A stretch of 64,000 nucleotides of DNA from Escherichia phage vB-Eco-KMB37. Made by a program: the position numbers and the translations under genes. The notes below the pieces were generated by a model. That model saw only the letters and a program-made list of their open reading frames with translations. It made no database searches and had not been told where the DNA came from. The stretch lies in sequence record OR525700. One strand, 5' to 3'. Of the stretch, positions 39,415 to 48,269 are shown piece after piece (the first letter of the stretch is position 1; every line of letters begins with the position of its first letter).

Positions 39415-40087
39415 ATTTTTGAGCCTCCTCATAAGAGATAAAAGTTTTACCATTGCGAAGATCCTCCAGAGATTGTTTATATTGTTCCCAGTTTACACCA
39501 ATCCCCTGTTCTTTCTCTTCTTTTGACAGATTCGCAAAAGGTAAAGGATTGTCTCCAAATACATCATCAGGATGGATAAACGCCATAATTCGAATAGGGC
39601 ATGGCACGCCTTGAATACCTCGGTTCAAACCTGCCAGTGGAACGCGATGAATCCACTCTGCATCTTCATATCCATAACCGTGGGTGTATGAACGGAAATA
39701 GCCAGCTTTCTCAATAACTGCACGGGAATACATACCAAACTGGCACATACCTAGTTCCCAAATAACCACTTCCCCTTCAATACCTTTTACTTTATCTTTA
39801 AAGTATTCAGGCATACCAAAGAAATCCCAACCATTTTCCTTCGCTTGTTTTACAAAATATGTTTCCCAACCTTGAACAACAGGATAGCAATCATCATCAA
39901 AAATAAACCAGTAATCATACCCTTCATCATAAAACTTTTTCATCAGTTCATTACGAGCATATGCAACACCTTTTCGTTCCCGATCATACTGTACAACAAA
40001 AGTAGCATTAGGATCAGTCACAAGATAATCTTTAAGAGGACGCTTACCTACAGTAATAACACCAACACCAATTTTTGTATTTTCCAA
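39401..40087 (-). CDS. glycosyltransferase family 2-like (GT-A fold)
   Basis: 228 aa; GVGVITVGKR N-terminal strand, ARNELMKKF, DXD motif FDDDC, and GYGYEDAEW block typical of GT2 enzymes; TTG start with AAGGAG RBS. Confidence 0.6.
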   Translation of the reverse strand: MENTKIGVGVITVGKRPLKDYLVTDPNATFVVQYDRERKGVAYARNELMKKFYDEGYDYWFIFDDDCYPVVQGWETYFVKQAKENGWDFFGMPEYFKDKVKGIEGEVVIWELGMCQFGMYSRAVIEKAGYFRSYTHGYGYEDAEWIHRVPLAGLNRGIQGVPCPIRIMAFIHPDDVFGDNPLPFANLSKEEKEQGIGVNWEQYKQSLEDLRNGKTFISYEEAQKYGKS

Positions 40088-40096
40088 AATAACTCC

Positions 40097-40660
40097 TTAA
40101 ATAATTTTATTCATGTCTTGACAATGTAAAAGGTGTGAAATAGCTTTTCTAGGATCATCATTACCTAAACGGTATGTGTGAAATAAGTATAACCCACGTA
40201 GTAAACCTAGCCTTTTATTGTTAGCGTGTAATGCTTTAGAGAAAATTATATCAAACTGTATTGATCTTTCCTCAAAAGGGATTTCATTCCACAGGCTCTT
40301 ACGAAAGAGAAGAAAGAATCCTGCTAAGATAGCATCTGTAGGTACTTCCTCTATTGAGTTTCCCCATTCTAGATGTGCTCTTTTTGCAATCTCAATGTGG
40401 TGTAATATATTTGGATCTTCACTTCTTTCATTATTAAATAATTGATATGTTGATCCCAATCTATTACAAGATGCACCAAGAACATCAAAATCAGGATTTG
40501 AACGGACTATTGATTCCAGCCAAGCAGGTTGTTCTGGAAGAAGAAACATTGTATCAATGTCTCTTAGGCAAATCCAACTATCTTCTGGTAAGACACTTAT
40601 TGTGTCATTGATACCTTTTCCAATATCCCCAGAAAGATAGGGAGTTATGTGAAATATCAT
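40097..40660 (-). CDS. putative nucleotide-sugar transferase-like protein
   Basis: 187 aa; contains D-x-D-like motif (ICLRDIDTMF); assignment tentative and partly based on its position in a run of glycosyltransferase genes. Confidence 0.3.
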   Translation of the reverse strand: MIFHITPYLSGDIGKGINDTISVLPEDSWICLRDIDTMFLLPEQPAWLESIVRSNPDFDVLGASCNRLGSTYQLFNNERSEDPNILHHIEIAKRAHLEWGNSIEEVPTDAILAGFFLLFRKSLWNEIPFEERSIQFDIIFSKALHANNKRLGLLRGLYLFHTYRLGNDDPRKAISHLLHCQDMNKII

Positions 40661-40717
40661 ACTCCCTCCGTATTATTACTTTAGCATTTTTAGACTAAAA
40701 AGTCCAAATGGTTTTAC

Positions 40718-40912
40718 CTATTGATTACGTTTTGCGAGTTCCATTTGGATAGCTAAACTGTGATCTCGTGCTTCCATATACTCTTTATATGTTTCATTAA
40801 GATGATCACGACAAACATCACGCAGTTTAATCAGTTTATCTGTAGGGATACCACTAAGATCATCCCAAGATTTTACAACTTCACCAGTATCATTGATCCC
40901 AATGGTTTTCAT
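40718..40912 (-). CDS. hypothetical protein
   Basis: 64 aa ORF in the minus-strand operon. Confidence 0.35.
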   Translation of the reverse strand: MKTIGINDTGEVVKSWDDLSGIPTDKLIKLRDVCRDHLNETYKEYMEARDHSLAIQMELAKRNQ

Positions 40913-41168
40913 CTACAACCTCCTTAATTGCTACAGCACAGTTTTTGCAGATACACTGCCCTTTACCTTTAGAAATCTGGATGTAAGGTTCATTTTCATT
41001 TTCGCCCTTACGTGAGTCATATATTACAGAATTGAAGCACACAACGCAAATATTTTTTAAGATTGTATACTTATCAACTTTCTTTTTTGTTTTAAAGTTA
41101 ACTTCAATAACATCAGCCATCAGTGTAACACTCCCAGTATGTTGCTTTGTAACATAACCATAGAACAT
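40890..41168 (-). CDS. hypothetical zinc-ribbon protein
   Basis: 92 aa; two Cys pairs (CVVCFNS ... CICKNC). Confidence 0.4.
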   Translation of the reverse strand: MFYGYVTKQHTGSVTLMADVIEVNFKTKKKVDKYTILKNICVVCFNSVIYDSRKGENENEPYIQISKGKGQCICKNCAVAIKEVVDENHWDQ

Positions 41169-41398
41169 TCAACATTATCGTGACTACGTGAAAAACGTTC
41201 CCAAACATCTTCATCGACTCGTAAAGCTATACAAGGATAGACGTTATCATTGATCATTTCAATTGAATAAACATCCACATTGTCTTCGTCTTCGATGAAC
41301 ATCATTGCAAACTGTTCTAAATGTTTCCTAATGTAATGTACATCCTCTTCTGTAAGACCAATAACAAGATAACTTGCAACGATAACGCCATCTTTCAT
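41120..41398 (-). CDS. hypothetical protein
   Basis: 92 aa acidic ORF. Confidence 0.35.
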   Translation of the reverse strand: MKDGVIVASYLVIGLTEEDVHYIRKHLEQFAMMFIEDEDNVDVYSIEMINDNVYPCIALRVDEDVWERFSRSHDNVECSMVMLQSNILGVLH

Positions 41399-41408
41399 CT
41401 ATATCTCC

Positions 41409-41918
41409 TTAGCGATAGAATTGATGTTCTTTGTAGCGGTACACTAGAACCATATCTTTTTCCCAGTGTGCTCTTATTGTAGATTTTTTAAAGTATAATG
41501 CTCCTTTTGTAATATCTAATGCAATTCGTAATTCTGGAAAATGGTTATCGAGATAAAGTAGACGTTCTGCTATAGCTTTAGCGTCTTTCCACTTATCGTG
41601 TTCCATAACGTTGAATGTCTTTGTGTAAGAGAATTGTCCTTTCTGAAACAAAACTTCTTTTATAGTATCAGGGAAATATGAATCTCTAGCCCTATTCAAT
41701 ACTACATTACCAACAGCAGACATACCGCGCTTTCCTTGATTACGACTTTCTGCATAGATTGCACAAGCTAATAGATTTTCTTTACTATCACGCTTTGTAC
41801 ACTTGTGAACTACTTTAGCAGTTTTTACGTTTGCAGCTTCGGCTTGCGCCACAACAGGTGTAAATGTAAAAGCAGTTAAGGATAGTAACGCAATTGCGAC
41901 AAAGGTTTTTATTGACAA
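41409..41918 (-). CDS. cell wall hydrolase, SleB-like (candidate endolysin) with N-terminal signal peptide
   Basis: 169 aa; hydrophobic N-terminus ending AQAEA; core LLACAIYAESRNQGKRGMSAVGNVVLNRARDSYFPDTIKEVLFQKGQFSY matches the SleB/Hydrolase_2 family; RBS AGGAGG. Confidence 0.6.
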   Translation of the reverse strand: MSIKTFVAIALLSLTAFTFTPVVAQAEAANVKTAKVVHKCTKRDSKENLLACAIYAESRNQGKRGMSAVGNVVLNRARDSYFPDTIKEVLFQKGQFSYTKTFNVMEHDKWKDAKAIAERLLYLDNHFPELRIALDITKGALYFKKSTIRAHWEKDMVLVYRYKEHQFYR

Positions 41919-41949
41919 ACTTGCCTCCTATTTTGTTAAACGAACTTTT

Positions 41950-41978
41950 ATTGTAACACAGAAGAGGCTATTTTGCAA
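41950..41978 (-). promoter_or_regulatory. candidate sigma70-type promoter for the hydrolase gene
   Basis: On the minus strand: -35 TTGCAA (41973-41978), 17 bp spacer, -10 TACAAT (41950-41955). Confidence 0.45.
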
Positions 41979-41980
41979 GT

Positions 41981-42001
41981 GGAGGGGGACTATCCCCCTC
42001 T
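41981..42001 (-). terminator. GC-rich hairpin (candidate terminator)
   Basis: GGAGGGGGA-CTA-TCCCCCTC; downstream U-tract weak. Confidence 0.4.
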
Positions 42002-42010
42002 TACACTCTG

Positions 42011-42613
42011 TTAGATATTGTAAACCTTTGTATGAGTTACTACATCATCTTCTACAAAATCAATACGTTCTTGATCCGTGACTAGTGCAGACAACACTTT
42101 AAATTTAATTTTTACACGTTCAAAAGCTGGTTGACCATCTTTAAGATAATTATGTTCGGTTGTCACTGTCTTGTTTACAAAATCAACTTTTGCTTTACCG
42201 TTTTCGCGTAGGTGGAATGTTTTTCCTGCTTTGTACACAATTTCAACATTACCTTCGAGAGTAATTCCTTCAAAAAGTTCACCCTCTTCTTCATTTTCTT
42301 CACTTTTGAACAGACGACGAAACTCTTCCATATCAAGATAAACAACATCTTCAGAATAACTATCAGTAAGATATGTCTTACCCTCCATCAACCCGAAATA
42401 TTGCCAGATTGCCGAATAAACATCACTAGATGATCCAAGGGTTTCTCTGAGTTTAGTTCCACGGATTACTTCATAAACTTCAAAATTGAAACCAGACTGC
42501 AAAGCATCAAACAGCACATCACTAACTTCTAAAGCATAATCTTCATTGTTGTCAATATCTACAAGAAAATTGCCGCTGCGAATAAGTTTTTGACCTTCTA
42601 AAGTAATACTCAT
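42011..42613 (-). CDS. hypothetical protein
   Basis: 200 aa; RBS GAGGAGAAAA; no motif recognised. Confidence 0.45.
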   Translation of the reverse strand: MSITLEGQKLIRSGNFLVDIDNNEDYALEVSDVLFDALQSGFNFEVYEVIRGTKLRETLGSSSDVYSAIWQYFGLMEGKTYLTDSYSEDVVYLDMEEFRRLFKSEENEEEGELFEGITLEGNVEIVYKAGKTFHLRENGKAKVDFVNKTVTTEHNYLKDGQPAFERVKIKFKVLSALVTDQERIDFVEDDVVTHTKVYNI

Positions 42614-42640
42614 TGTTTTCTCCTCTTTTATTTCAAATAT

Positions 42641-42656
42641 GCGCCCCGAAGGGCGC
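42641..42656 (-). terminator. intrinsic terminator (UUCG tetraloop on minus strand)
   Basis: GCGCCC-CGAA-GGGCGC on plus strand; minus strand has a U-rich tail (AUAUUUGAAAU). Confidence 0.5.
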
Positions 42657-42677
42657 TATGATTTATTACTTGACGTA

Positions 42678-43274
42678 TTACTCGAACCAATCGTCGCCAG
42701 CGCCAAACGCTTTAACTACATCGTAAATGTCAAGCCCAGCCTTACCTACACCATATGCTTTCAGTTTCCATTCGCTATCTTCTCGCACCAGGGAGGCAAC
42801 GTGGCAAATGGTGTTACCTGCAAGTTCTGGAGCCAAGAAGTCAAAGTCCAGCAGTTCAACATTACGTTCATCATCGAAGATTTTAAGGAAACCTTCGGTA
42901 GCGTGACCAAGGCGTTTCTTACCCGTTTCGTCATCAATAGTAATTACGAATGCAATTTCCTGTGCTTCAGCAGAGATATTATCCAGTGTAACATCAATCT
43001 GCTCCATCTGTCCTACACCATCACGAACATCTTCACCTGCAAAAGTAGAACGTTCAGGATCAAATTTCTGCGCGTAGCACACCAGGTGACGAGGAGACAA
43101 CAGTTCCGGCAGACCAGATGCATTGTGTCGGCAAATCAGAGCACTAACATCCAGATCCAGTTTTTCGTTAGATTTCCAAGAGAATTCCAGACGAATGCGT
43201 TTCAGTGCTGGTGCGATCTTTTTCAGAGAAACTTTTTCGCTAGAACCTTTTTTCAGGGAAATTTTCTGAGTCAT
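42678..43274 (-). CDS. terD: TerD-domain protein (tellurium-resistance TerD family)
   Basis: 198 aa; N-terminal ISLKKGSSEKVSLKK, central GEDVRDGVGQMEQIDVTLD and C-terminal EDSEWKLKAYGVGKAGLDIYDVVKAFGA blocks match the TerD fold pattern; RBS AAGGAG. Confidence 0.65.
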   Translation of the reverse strand: MTQKISLKKGSSEKVSLKKIAPALKRIRLEFSWKSNEKLDLDVSALICRHNASGLPELLSPRHLVCYAQKFDPERSTFAGEDVRDGVGQMEQIDVTLDNISAEAQEIAFVITIDDETGKKRLGHATEGFLKIFDDERNVELLDFDFLAPELAGNTICHVASLVREDSEWKLKAYGVGKAGLDIYDVVKAFGAGDDWFE

Positions 43275-43311
43275 AATTTATTATCTCCTTTGTTGTTAAT
43301 TTACGTTGTCT

Positions 43312-43339
43312 ATTTTACTAATCTTTTCTACAAAGTCAA
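43312..43339 (-). promoter_or_regulatory. candidate sigma70-type promoter upstream of the TerD gene
   Basis: On the minus strand: -35 TTGACT (43334-43339), 16 bp spacer, -10 TAAAAT (43312-43317), about 40 nt upstream of the start codon. Confidence 0.5.
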
Positions 43340-43346
43340 GCGTTTT

Positions 43347-44141
43347 TTACGCTTTTGCTCCGAATTTTTTAACCCACTCACCAAACTCTTCGGATAACAG
43401 TTTATCGTAAAGTTCTTCATCAGACAAGGACAAATCTGCAATACCGATAAAATCAACATTATCGTATTCTTTTGCCAAGTCTTTCAGGAATTTAAAGTTT
43501 GCATTACCTACACCAACCATAAACCAGTAAACAGGCGTATTGCGGTGTTTGTTCAGTAAGCTACGTACTGCTGAAGTATCCATGTTCTCCCCGTCAGTTT
43601 GGAAGAAAATCATTGCAGGAGTACGATCAACTTGTGCATCAGTATCTACAACCTGTTCTACAACAGTACGTGTTACTTCTACAAGTTCTTTTTTACCAGT
43701 TAGTTTAGCAAGGAAACCCTTAGCTGGGACTTCTTCATACTCAACAACTTCGCGTGTAATATTTTTCATAGGTACACTACCGAAGTATGTATCATAGATC
43801 TCTTGCATTACTGGAGCATAAGCAGTACCACCGTTGATGCAAACATTAGACATGCAAGAGCCGACATAATCATCATACACATCAGCCGTTGCAGGAGGCA
43901 GTTCAAAAGAAGAACTATTGAAAGCCCACATGTCAATCTGTGCATTATCATCAAACTTCATACCAAACGGCAGCAGTTTACCTACAAAATCACTAACAGT
44001 GCCATCACGATACAGCTCACACATACTACCCGAAATATCTAAGGCGCTACCGACACGAAGAACAACATCGTTAATCTTTTTCTTACGCAGAGATACAGTA
44101 AGAGTTTCTTGACGTTTTTTAAGACTGATTTTATTGGACAT
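43347..44141 (-). CDS. von Willebrand factor A (vWA) domain protein, TerY-like context
   Basis: 264 aa; MIDAS-like DxSxS motif (DISGSM) and downstream T and D positions; N-terminal ISLKK...VSLRKK resembles the TerD N-terminal signature. Confidence 0.55.
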   Translation of the reverse strand: MSNKISLKKRQETLTVSLRKKKINDVVLRVGSALDISGSMCELYRDGTVSDFVGKLLPFGMKFDDNAQIDMWAFNSSSFELPPATADVYDDYVGSCMSNVCINGGTAYAPVMQEIYDTYFGSVPMKNITREVVEYEEVPAKGFLAKLTGKKELVEVTRTVVEQVVDTDAQVDRTPAMIFFQTDGENMDTSAVRSLLNKHRNTPVYWFMVGVGNANFKFLKDLAKEYDNVDFIGIADLSLSDEELYDKLLSEEFGEWVKKFGAKA

Positions 44142-44142
44142 A

Positions 44143-44412
44143 TTATTTCCCCTTTCTGAGTGTAATGTTAGTAACTTCTAAATCCACTTCTACCATTTCT
44201 GTATCATATGAAATACAGCTAAGTTGACCTCTTTGTGAACCGTTCAGACACATTGCTTGGTTTGTATTAACTTTAATAAACACTAAGTTTCTGAACGTAT
44301 CTAAACCAGAATCTTGATACGCAACATAATATACGAATGTATCACCTGCGTCAAGTTCTCCAAAACATTTAGGTTCATCTGATTTATCGTCTTTGATATT
44401 AAATTTAAGCAC
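44143..44412 (-). CDS. hypothetical protein
   Basis: 89 aa; translationally coupled within the operon. Confidence 0.35.
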   Translation of the reverse strand: MLKFNIKDDKSDEPKCFGELDAGDTFVYYVAYQDSGLDTFRNLVFIKVNTNQAMCLNGSQRGQLSCISYDTEMVEVDLEVTNITLRKGK

Positions 44413-44968
44413 TGTCTTCTCCTTTACCTGCTCTCAAACCTAAATAGAAAGCCTCTCTGGTGATCTTTTGCAACTCGTTTAAAGAGATAGTTACAACTAA
44501 ATCATCTTCAATTTCTAGCTTTGAGTCTTCTTCTGTCTCAATGCAAGTATTATGCACTTTGTGGTAAGGATTGTCAACACGTTTAAATTTATTATTTTCA
44601 GTGCTGAAGAAGCAATCTGGATCTTCTTCTCCATCACCCCAGCCCTGGTTAGGGTCTTCTTCAGATCTTTCTGTTGGGATCTCACCTGTAAAGTGCTCTT
44701 CTAATACCATAGCGATACCATCTCCAAGATCGGAAGAGAACATCAAATTACAAACTTCTTCCCAAGGCATAGACCACTTAAAACTTTTACGATTGCCATG
44801 TTTATCTTCTTCGTTAGAGAAAACACTACCATAGCTATCATAATTGCCATACATCTCTTCAACAACTTTACCACCTTTCAAAAGAAATAGGTAGCAAGGA
44901 GAGCCATCGAAAGAGGTAGAAAGAGCAGCATTACCAGACTCTTTGCACAAGAAACTAAAACACCCCAT
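44405..44968 (-). CDS. hypothetical acidic protein
   Basis: 187 aa; D/E-rich, no motif recognised. Confidence 0.4.
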   Translation of the reverse strand: MGCFSFLCKESGNAALSTSFDGSPCYLFLLKGGKVVEEMYGNYDSYGSVFSNEEDKHGNRKSFKWSMPWEEVCNLMFSSDLGDGIAMVLEEHFTGEIPTERSEEDPNQGWGDGEEDPDCFFSTENNKFKRVDNPYHKVHNTCIETEEDSKLEIEDDLVVTISLNELQKITREAFYLGLRAGKGEDSA

Positions 44969-45168
44969 TATACACCAGCCTTAAGATCAATTAAAGCCAA
45001 AGTTGTTTCAGAATGTGTTTGCTCGTCTACAGGTGCAGTCATATGATAATACAAAAAGTCTTCGGCATCATACCAATCTGACTCTTGACCTTGTTTCCAA
45101 CCATCAATGAAAGCATCTTCCATAATGGTTTGTAATTCTTCACGAGTTAAGTGAATATCTTTATTCAT
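44968..45168 (-). CDS. hypothetical protein
   Basis: 66 aa. Confidence 0.35.
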   Translation of the reverse strand: MNKDIHLTREELQTIMEDAFIDGWKQGQESDWYDAEDFLYYHMTAPVDEQTHSETTLALIDLKAGV

Positions 45169-45401
45169 TACACATTCTCCTCTTTTACCAATTCCATCGT
45201 TGAACTATCAAAACCATCTTTAGAAGAATAGGTATAGACAGAACGTAGTTCTCGCAGGACAGTAAACACATTAGGATCATCTAACCAAGCATCCTGGAGG
45301 AGAACATAACGATCTTCATTGTCGTACTGGACAGCGATCATAGAACCAGACAGTTTGTAAATTTTAATATTCATAATATATTTCTCCTTAAAGTAGACCA
45401 C
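45168..45401 (-). CDS. hypothetical protein
   Basis: 77 aa. Confidence 0.35.
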   Translation of the reverse strand: MVYFKEKYIMNIKIYKLSGSMIAVQYDNEDRYVLLQDAWLDDPNVFTVLRELRSVYTYSSKDGFDSSTMELVKEENV

Positions 45402-46491
45402 GTTTAACAGTTTGAATCATACCATCTTCAAGAGATTGCACTTCTTGAATGTAATCAATACGAGCAGCACGGGCTTCAGTGTTGATCCGATTAGTTTCTT
45501 CCAACATTTTAACTAAGTTTTCTTGATCGCGACGTAATGTTTCAATATCCAATACTTGACGATTAGCAAGTTGCGTAGCTTCAATTTGGTTTTGTGCAGC
45601 CAGATCACTACCCATTGCAATAGCAGCATTAAACTCATTCAGTACATTGTTCTGTGTATCGGCTGCTTTCTTCTGGCGTAGACTTTCAATATACATAGAA
45701 AAGTTTGCAGAGTAAGCAGGAATAACATTATTCACAATGTTACGTGCTGATCGCATCAAACTTGCAGATACTTTCTGCATACTTTGTACACGTGGCCCCA
45801 TCTGAACACACAGTAAACGCAAGGCTTTCAGGTCTGCAATACGAATTTCAAGCAGATCCATAGTATCACGAGTACGTTGACGCTCTTCTACTTCATTTTC
45901 AGGTAGTGTATTAAGGCGAACTTCTTCTTTTTCATAAGTAGCTGTTAGAAGCTCTATATCCCTGTTTAAGCTAAGAGCATATTTTGCAATAGCCTCTTCT
46001 AAACGTTGCAGATATCGTAAAGAATCTTCTTCTTTTTTCAAATCTGTTTGGAGTGTCTTTACCAAACCTTCAATACGATTATTGATGGTGTCAAATTCAC
46101 CAAACAAATCTTCTTTCATACCTAATACTTTCTTAACTAGCTTACCTAAGCCTTTAGATTGTTTAATAGAGTTAGGATCAAGTTGCTTTGCTTGCTTAAT
46201 AAGTGCAGTTAAACGTTCACTCATTTCATCTCCCTGAGATGAACGCTGGTGTTTAAGCACTTCAGCATTAAGGTTACGAAGAGTAAGTCCTGCATCAGCA
46301 CCAACTTGTTCAATCTCTTCACGAGACATTGGAGGCAGCATTTGTACAGGTCGTGCAACAGCAGGGGCATATACAGGGCTTGCATCCATAGCACTTGGAG
46401 CAAACAAAGACTTACTTTTTTCTGTTGTTGCCGTGAATACACTCATTTCAGACGGTTTGCTTTTTACGGCACTGATAAAAGGACTGGACAT
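45388..46491 (-). CDS. TelA-like toxic-anion-resistance family protein
   Basis: 367 aa; long predicted coiled-coil architecture with disordered N-terminus, similar in size and organisation to TelA/KlaA proteins; GGAGGAA RBS; sits within a TerC/TerD neighbourhood. Confidence 0.45.
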   Translation of the reverse strand: MSSPFISAVKSKPSEMSVFTATTEKSKSLFAPSAMDASPVYAPAVARPVQMLPPMSREEIEQVGADAGLTLRNLNAEVLKHQRSSQGDEMSERLTALIKQAKQLDPNSIKQSKGLGKLVKKVLGMKEDLFGEFDTINNRIEGLVKTLQTDLKKEEDSLRYLQRLEEAIAKYALSLNRDIELLTATYEKEEVRLNTLPENEVEERQRTRDTMDLLEIRIADLKALRLLCVQMGPRVQSMQKVSASLMRSARNIVNNVIPAYSANFSMYIESLRQKKAADTQNNVLNEFNAAIAMGSDLAAQNQIEATQLANRQVLDIETLRRDQENLVKMLEETNRINTEARAARIDYIQEVQSLEDGMIQTVKRGLL

Positions 46492-46559
46492 TCAATTTCC
46501 TCCATATTCTTTAGTAGATGGTGATACCTCTGTACCACCATCATAACACAAATTAAGTA

Positions 46560-47411
46560 TTAAACAAACATATCTAAATAATTTGTAGTAATAAATGCTC
46601 CATCTGCTTCCAGATTAACATAACCAGTAGCATTAGTGGTTAAGAAATCCAGATCGAAGGACTCTTTAACACCCCGTACCTCAACACGAGAGATATCGAA
46701 TACAGGTAGTGTAACAGCCTCTTCGTGCAATACCGTACCTTTGTAGGTTGCCTTAATGATAAACTTGATATTACCCGTTCCCGCATCATACAAAACACTT
46801 TCAAACCCTTTGAGAGTATACTTATCACCAGAAGTGAAGTGCAAAGTTGCTTTGTTTACAGTACGTTTTTTACGAGGAGTTCCTTTCACACGTTTATGAT
46901 CACTACGTTTTTTGTATTTAGGAGTGAATACAAACGATACACTCTCAAGAAAGGTATCAACATCAAGGATTTCAATATCCTCTGTTGCAGCAAATTTTGA
47001 AGTCGTTGCATCAAAATGCTTTCCCCTGCGATCATACATAAAGATATCAAACCGATCTTCTAAATCAAACAAATTATGTATCTTAATTTCAGAATGCTTG
47101 CACATTGCAGCAACCTTAAACTCTTCAAAACGTGGGTGTTCTACAAGCTCTTCAAGTTTTACACCAAAGACAGTATATTGTTTCGAAGTTTTTTCTGGCG
47201 TTGGCACTACAGAAGCATAATCACCGATTGCGCTTTTAAAGCAAAATTGTTCTTGACCTGTATTTTTACCAACGAATTTACAGTATTCGTCATCGTGCAT
47301 ACTTTCTTTGGTAGTACCAACAAACTCAAAACCATCTTTATTCTTCTCAAGAATTTCTTGATTAAAGATCCAACCTTCCAGGCGATACACTTTACCAACT
47401 TCTAGTTTCAT
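46560..47411 (-). CDS. hypothetical protein
   Basis: 283 aa; no motif recognised; lies between TelA-like and lipoprotein genes. Confidence 0.45.
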   Translation of the reverse strand: MKLEVGKVYRLEGWIFNQEILEKNKDGFEFVGTTKESMHDDEYCKFVGKNTGQEQFCFKSAIGDYASVVPTPEKTSKQYTVFGVKLEELVEHPRFEEFKVAAMCKHSEIKIHNLFDLEDRFDIFMYDRRGKHFDATTSKFAATEDIEILDVDTFLESVSFVFTPKYKKRSDHKRVKGTPRKKRTVNKATLHFTSGDKYTLKGFESVLYDAGTGNIKFIIKATYKGTVLHEEAVTLPVFDISRVEVRGVKESFDLDFLTTNATGYVNLEADGAFITTNYLDMFV

Positions 47412-47446
47412 CTGTTTCTCCTTCTTATTTAATCTGTATTAAATTA

Positions 47447-48037
47447 TTAACGACGACGTGAGCTACTAAAACTACGTTTCGACGAAGAATAACTTTTCGA
47501 AGACTTACTATAAGAGCTAATAGGGCTTGAGTAAGACTTACGAGCAGAGTAATTACTATTCACTTTTGTTGTTGATGGGCGTGAATACGTTTGTACACTT
47601 TGCTGCTTAATTGTGTTTTGTTTAGTGGTTGTATATGTATTCCCTTGTTTATCATAAAAACTATGCTTTTGTGTTGTATATGCTTTACTGTTAGTTGTAG
47701 GAGCAGCATTGTTATTAATAATTGTTGTGTTGCTACCACCATCTCTATAACCACCACCGCCACTATTACCACTCAACATATGACCAAGAAGCATACCTGT
47801 AGCAAACTCACCTACACCAGAAGAACCACTGCCGCCTCCTTGCACAACAACTGTTGAAGGTTGTGCAGGTGCTGCTTGAACAACTTGAGGTGCAGGTTGA
47901 TTTACATACTGTTCATCTACCATCTGATTTGGTGTTTGTTGGTAACGTTGGTTTTGTACACTTTCAGAATCATCACAACCTACCAGCAATGCACTACCTA
48001 AAACAACTGCAACAATAAAAGATTTAATGTTTTTCAT
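47447..48037 (-). CDS. lipoprotein with Q/S/T/G-rich low-complexity region
   Basis: Start trimmed to ATG at 48037 (RBS GAGAGGG); signal peptide with lipobox LVGC (MKNIKSFIVAVVLGSALLVGCDD); S/T/Y-rich C-terminus. Confidence 0.55.
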   Translation of the reverse strand: MKNIKSFIVAVVLGSALLVGCDDSESVQNQRYQQTPNQMVDEQYVNQPAPQVVQAAPAQPSTVVVQGGGSGSSGVGEFATGMLLGHMLSGNSGGGGYRDGGSNTTIINNNAAPTTNSKAYTTQKHSFYDKQGNTYTTTKQNTIKQQSVQTYSRPSTTKVNSNYSARKSYSSPISSYSKSSKSYSSSKRSFSSSRRR

Positions 48038-48230
48038 TTGTAACCCTCTCATTTAAAGTCTCAACACAATTTTTAAAATCTCTAGAGAAACAATACATCT
48101 GTTCTCCGTTCCTGTTGATAGTAATTGTATGGTTATCAATATATGTTGTCAATATAAAAATCAAACAAAATAGCCCTAAAGCAAAACAAATATTTTCAAA
48201 CAGAATCCAAAGAACACGTAAAACCACCAT
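48024..48230 (-). CDS. small membrane protein (tentative)
   Basis: 68 aa with a central hydrophobic helix; overlaps the lipoprotein start by 14 bp. Confidence 0.3.
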   Translation of the reverse strand: MVVLRVLWILFENICFALGLFCLIFILTTYIDNHTITINRNGEQMYCFSRDFKNCVETLNERVTNEKH

Positions 48231-48245
48231 CAGATCACCTCAATA

Positions 48246-48263
48246 AAGCCCCCGAAGGGGCTT
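48246..48263 (-). terminator. intrinsic terminator (UUCG tetraloop on minus strand)
   Basis: AAGCCCC-CGAA-GGGGCTT on plus strand; minus strand downstream UUAUUG. Confidence 0.6.
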
Positions 48264-48269
48264 AATGAA

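Noticed and set aside
42639-43397. Plus-strand 252 aa ORF overlapping the TerD and vWA genes
   Set aside because: Antisense to two ORFs with recognisable domain signatures; the translated product is low-complexity and lacks an RBS.
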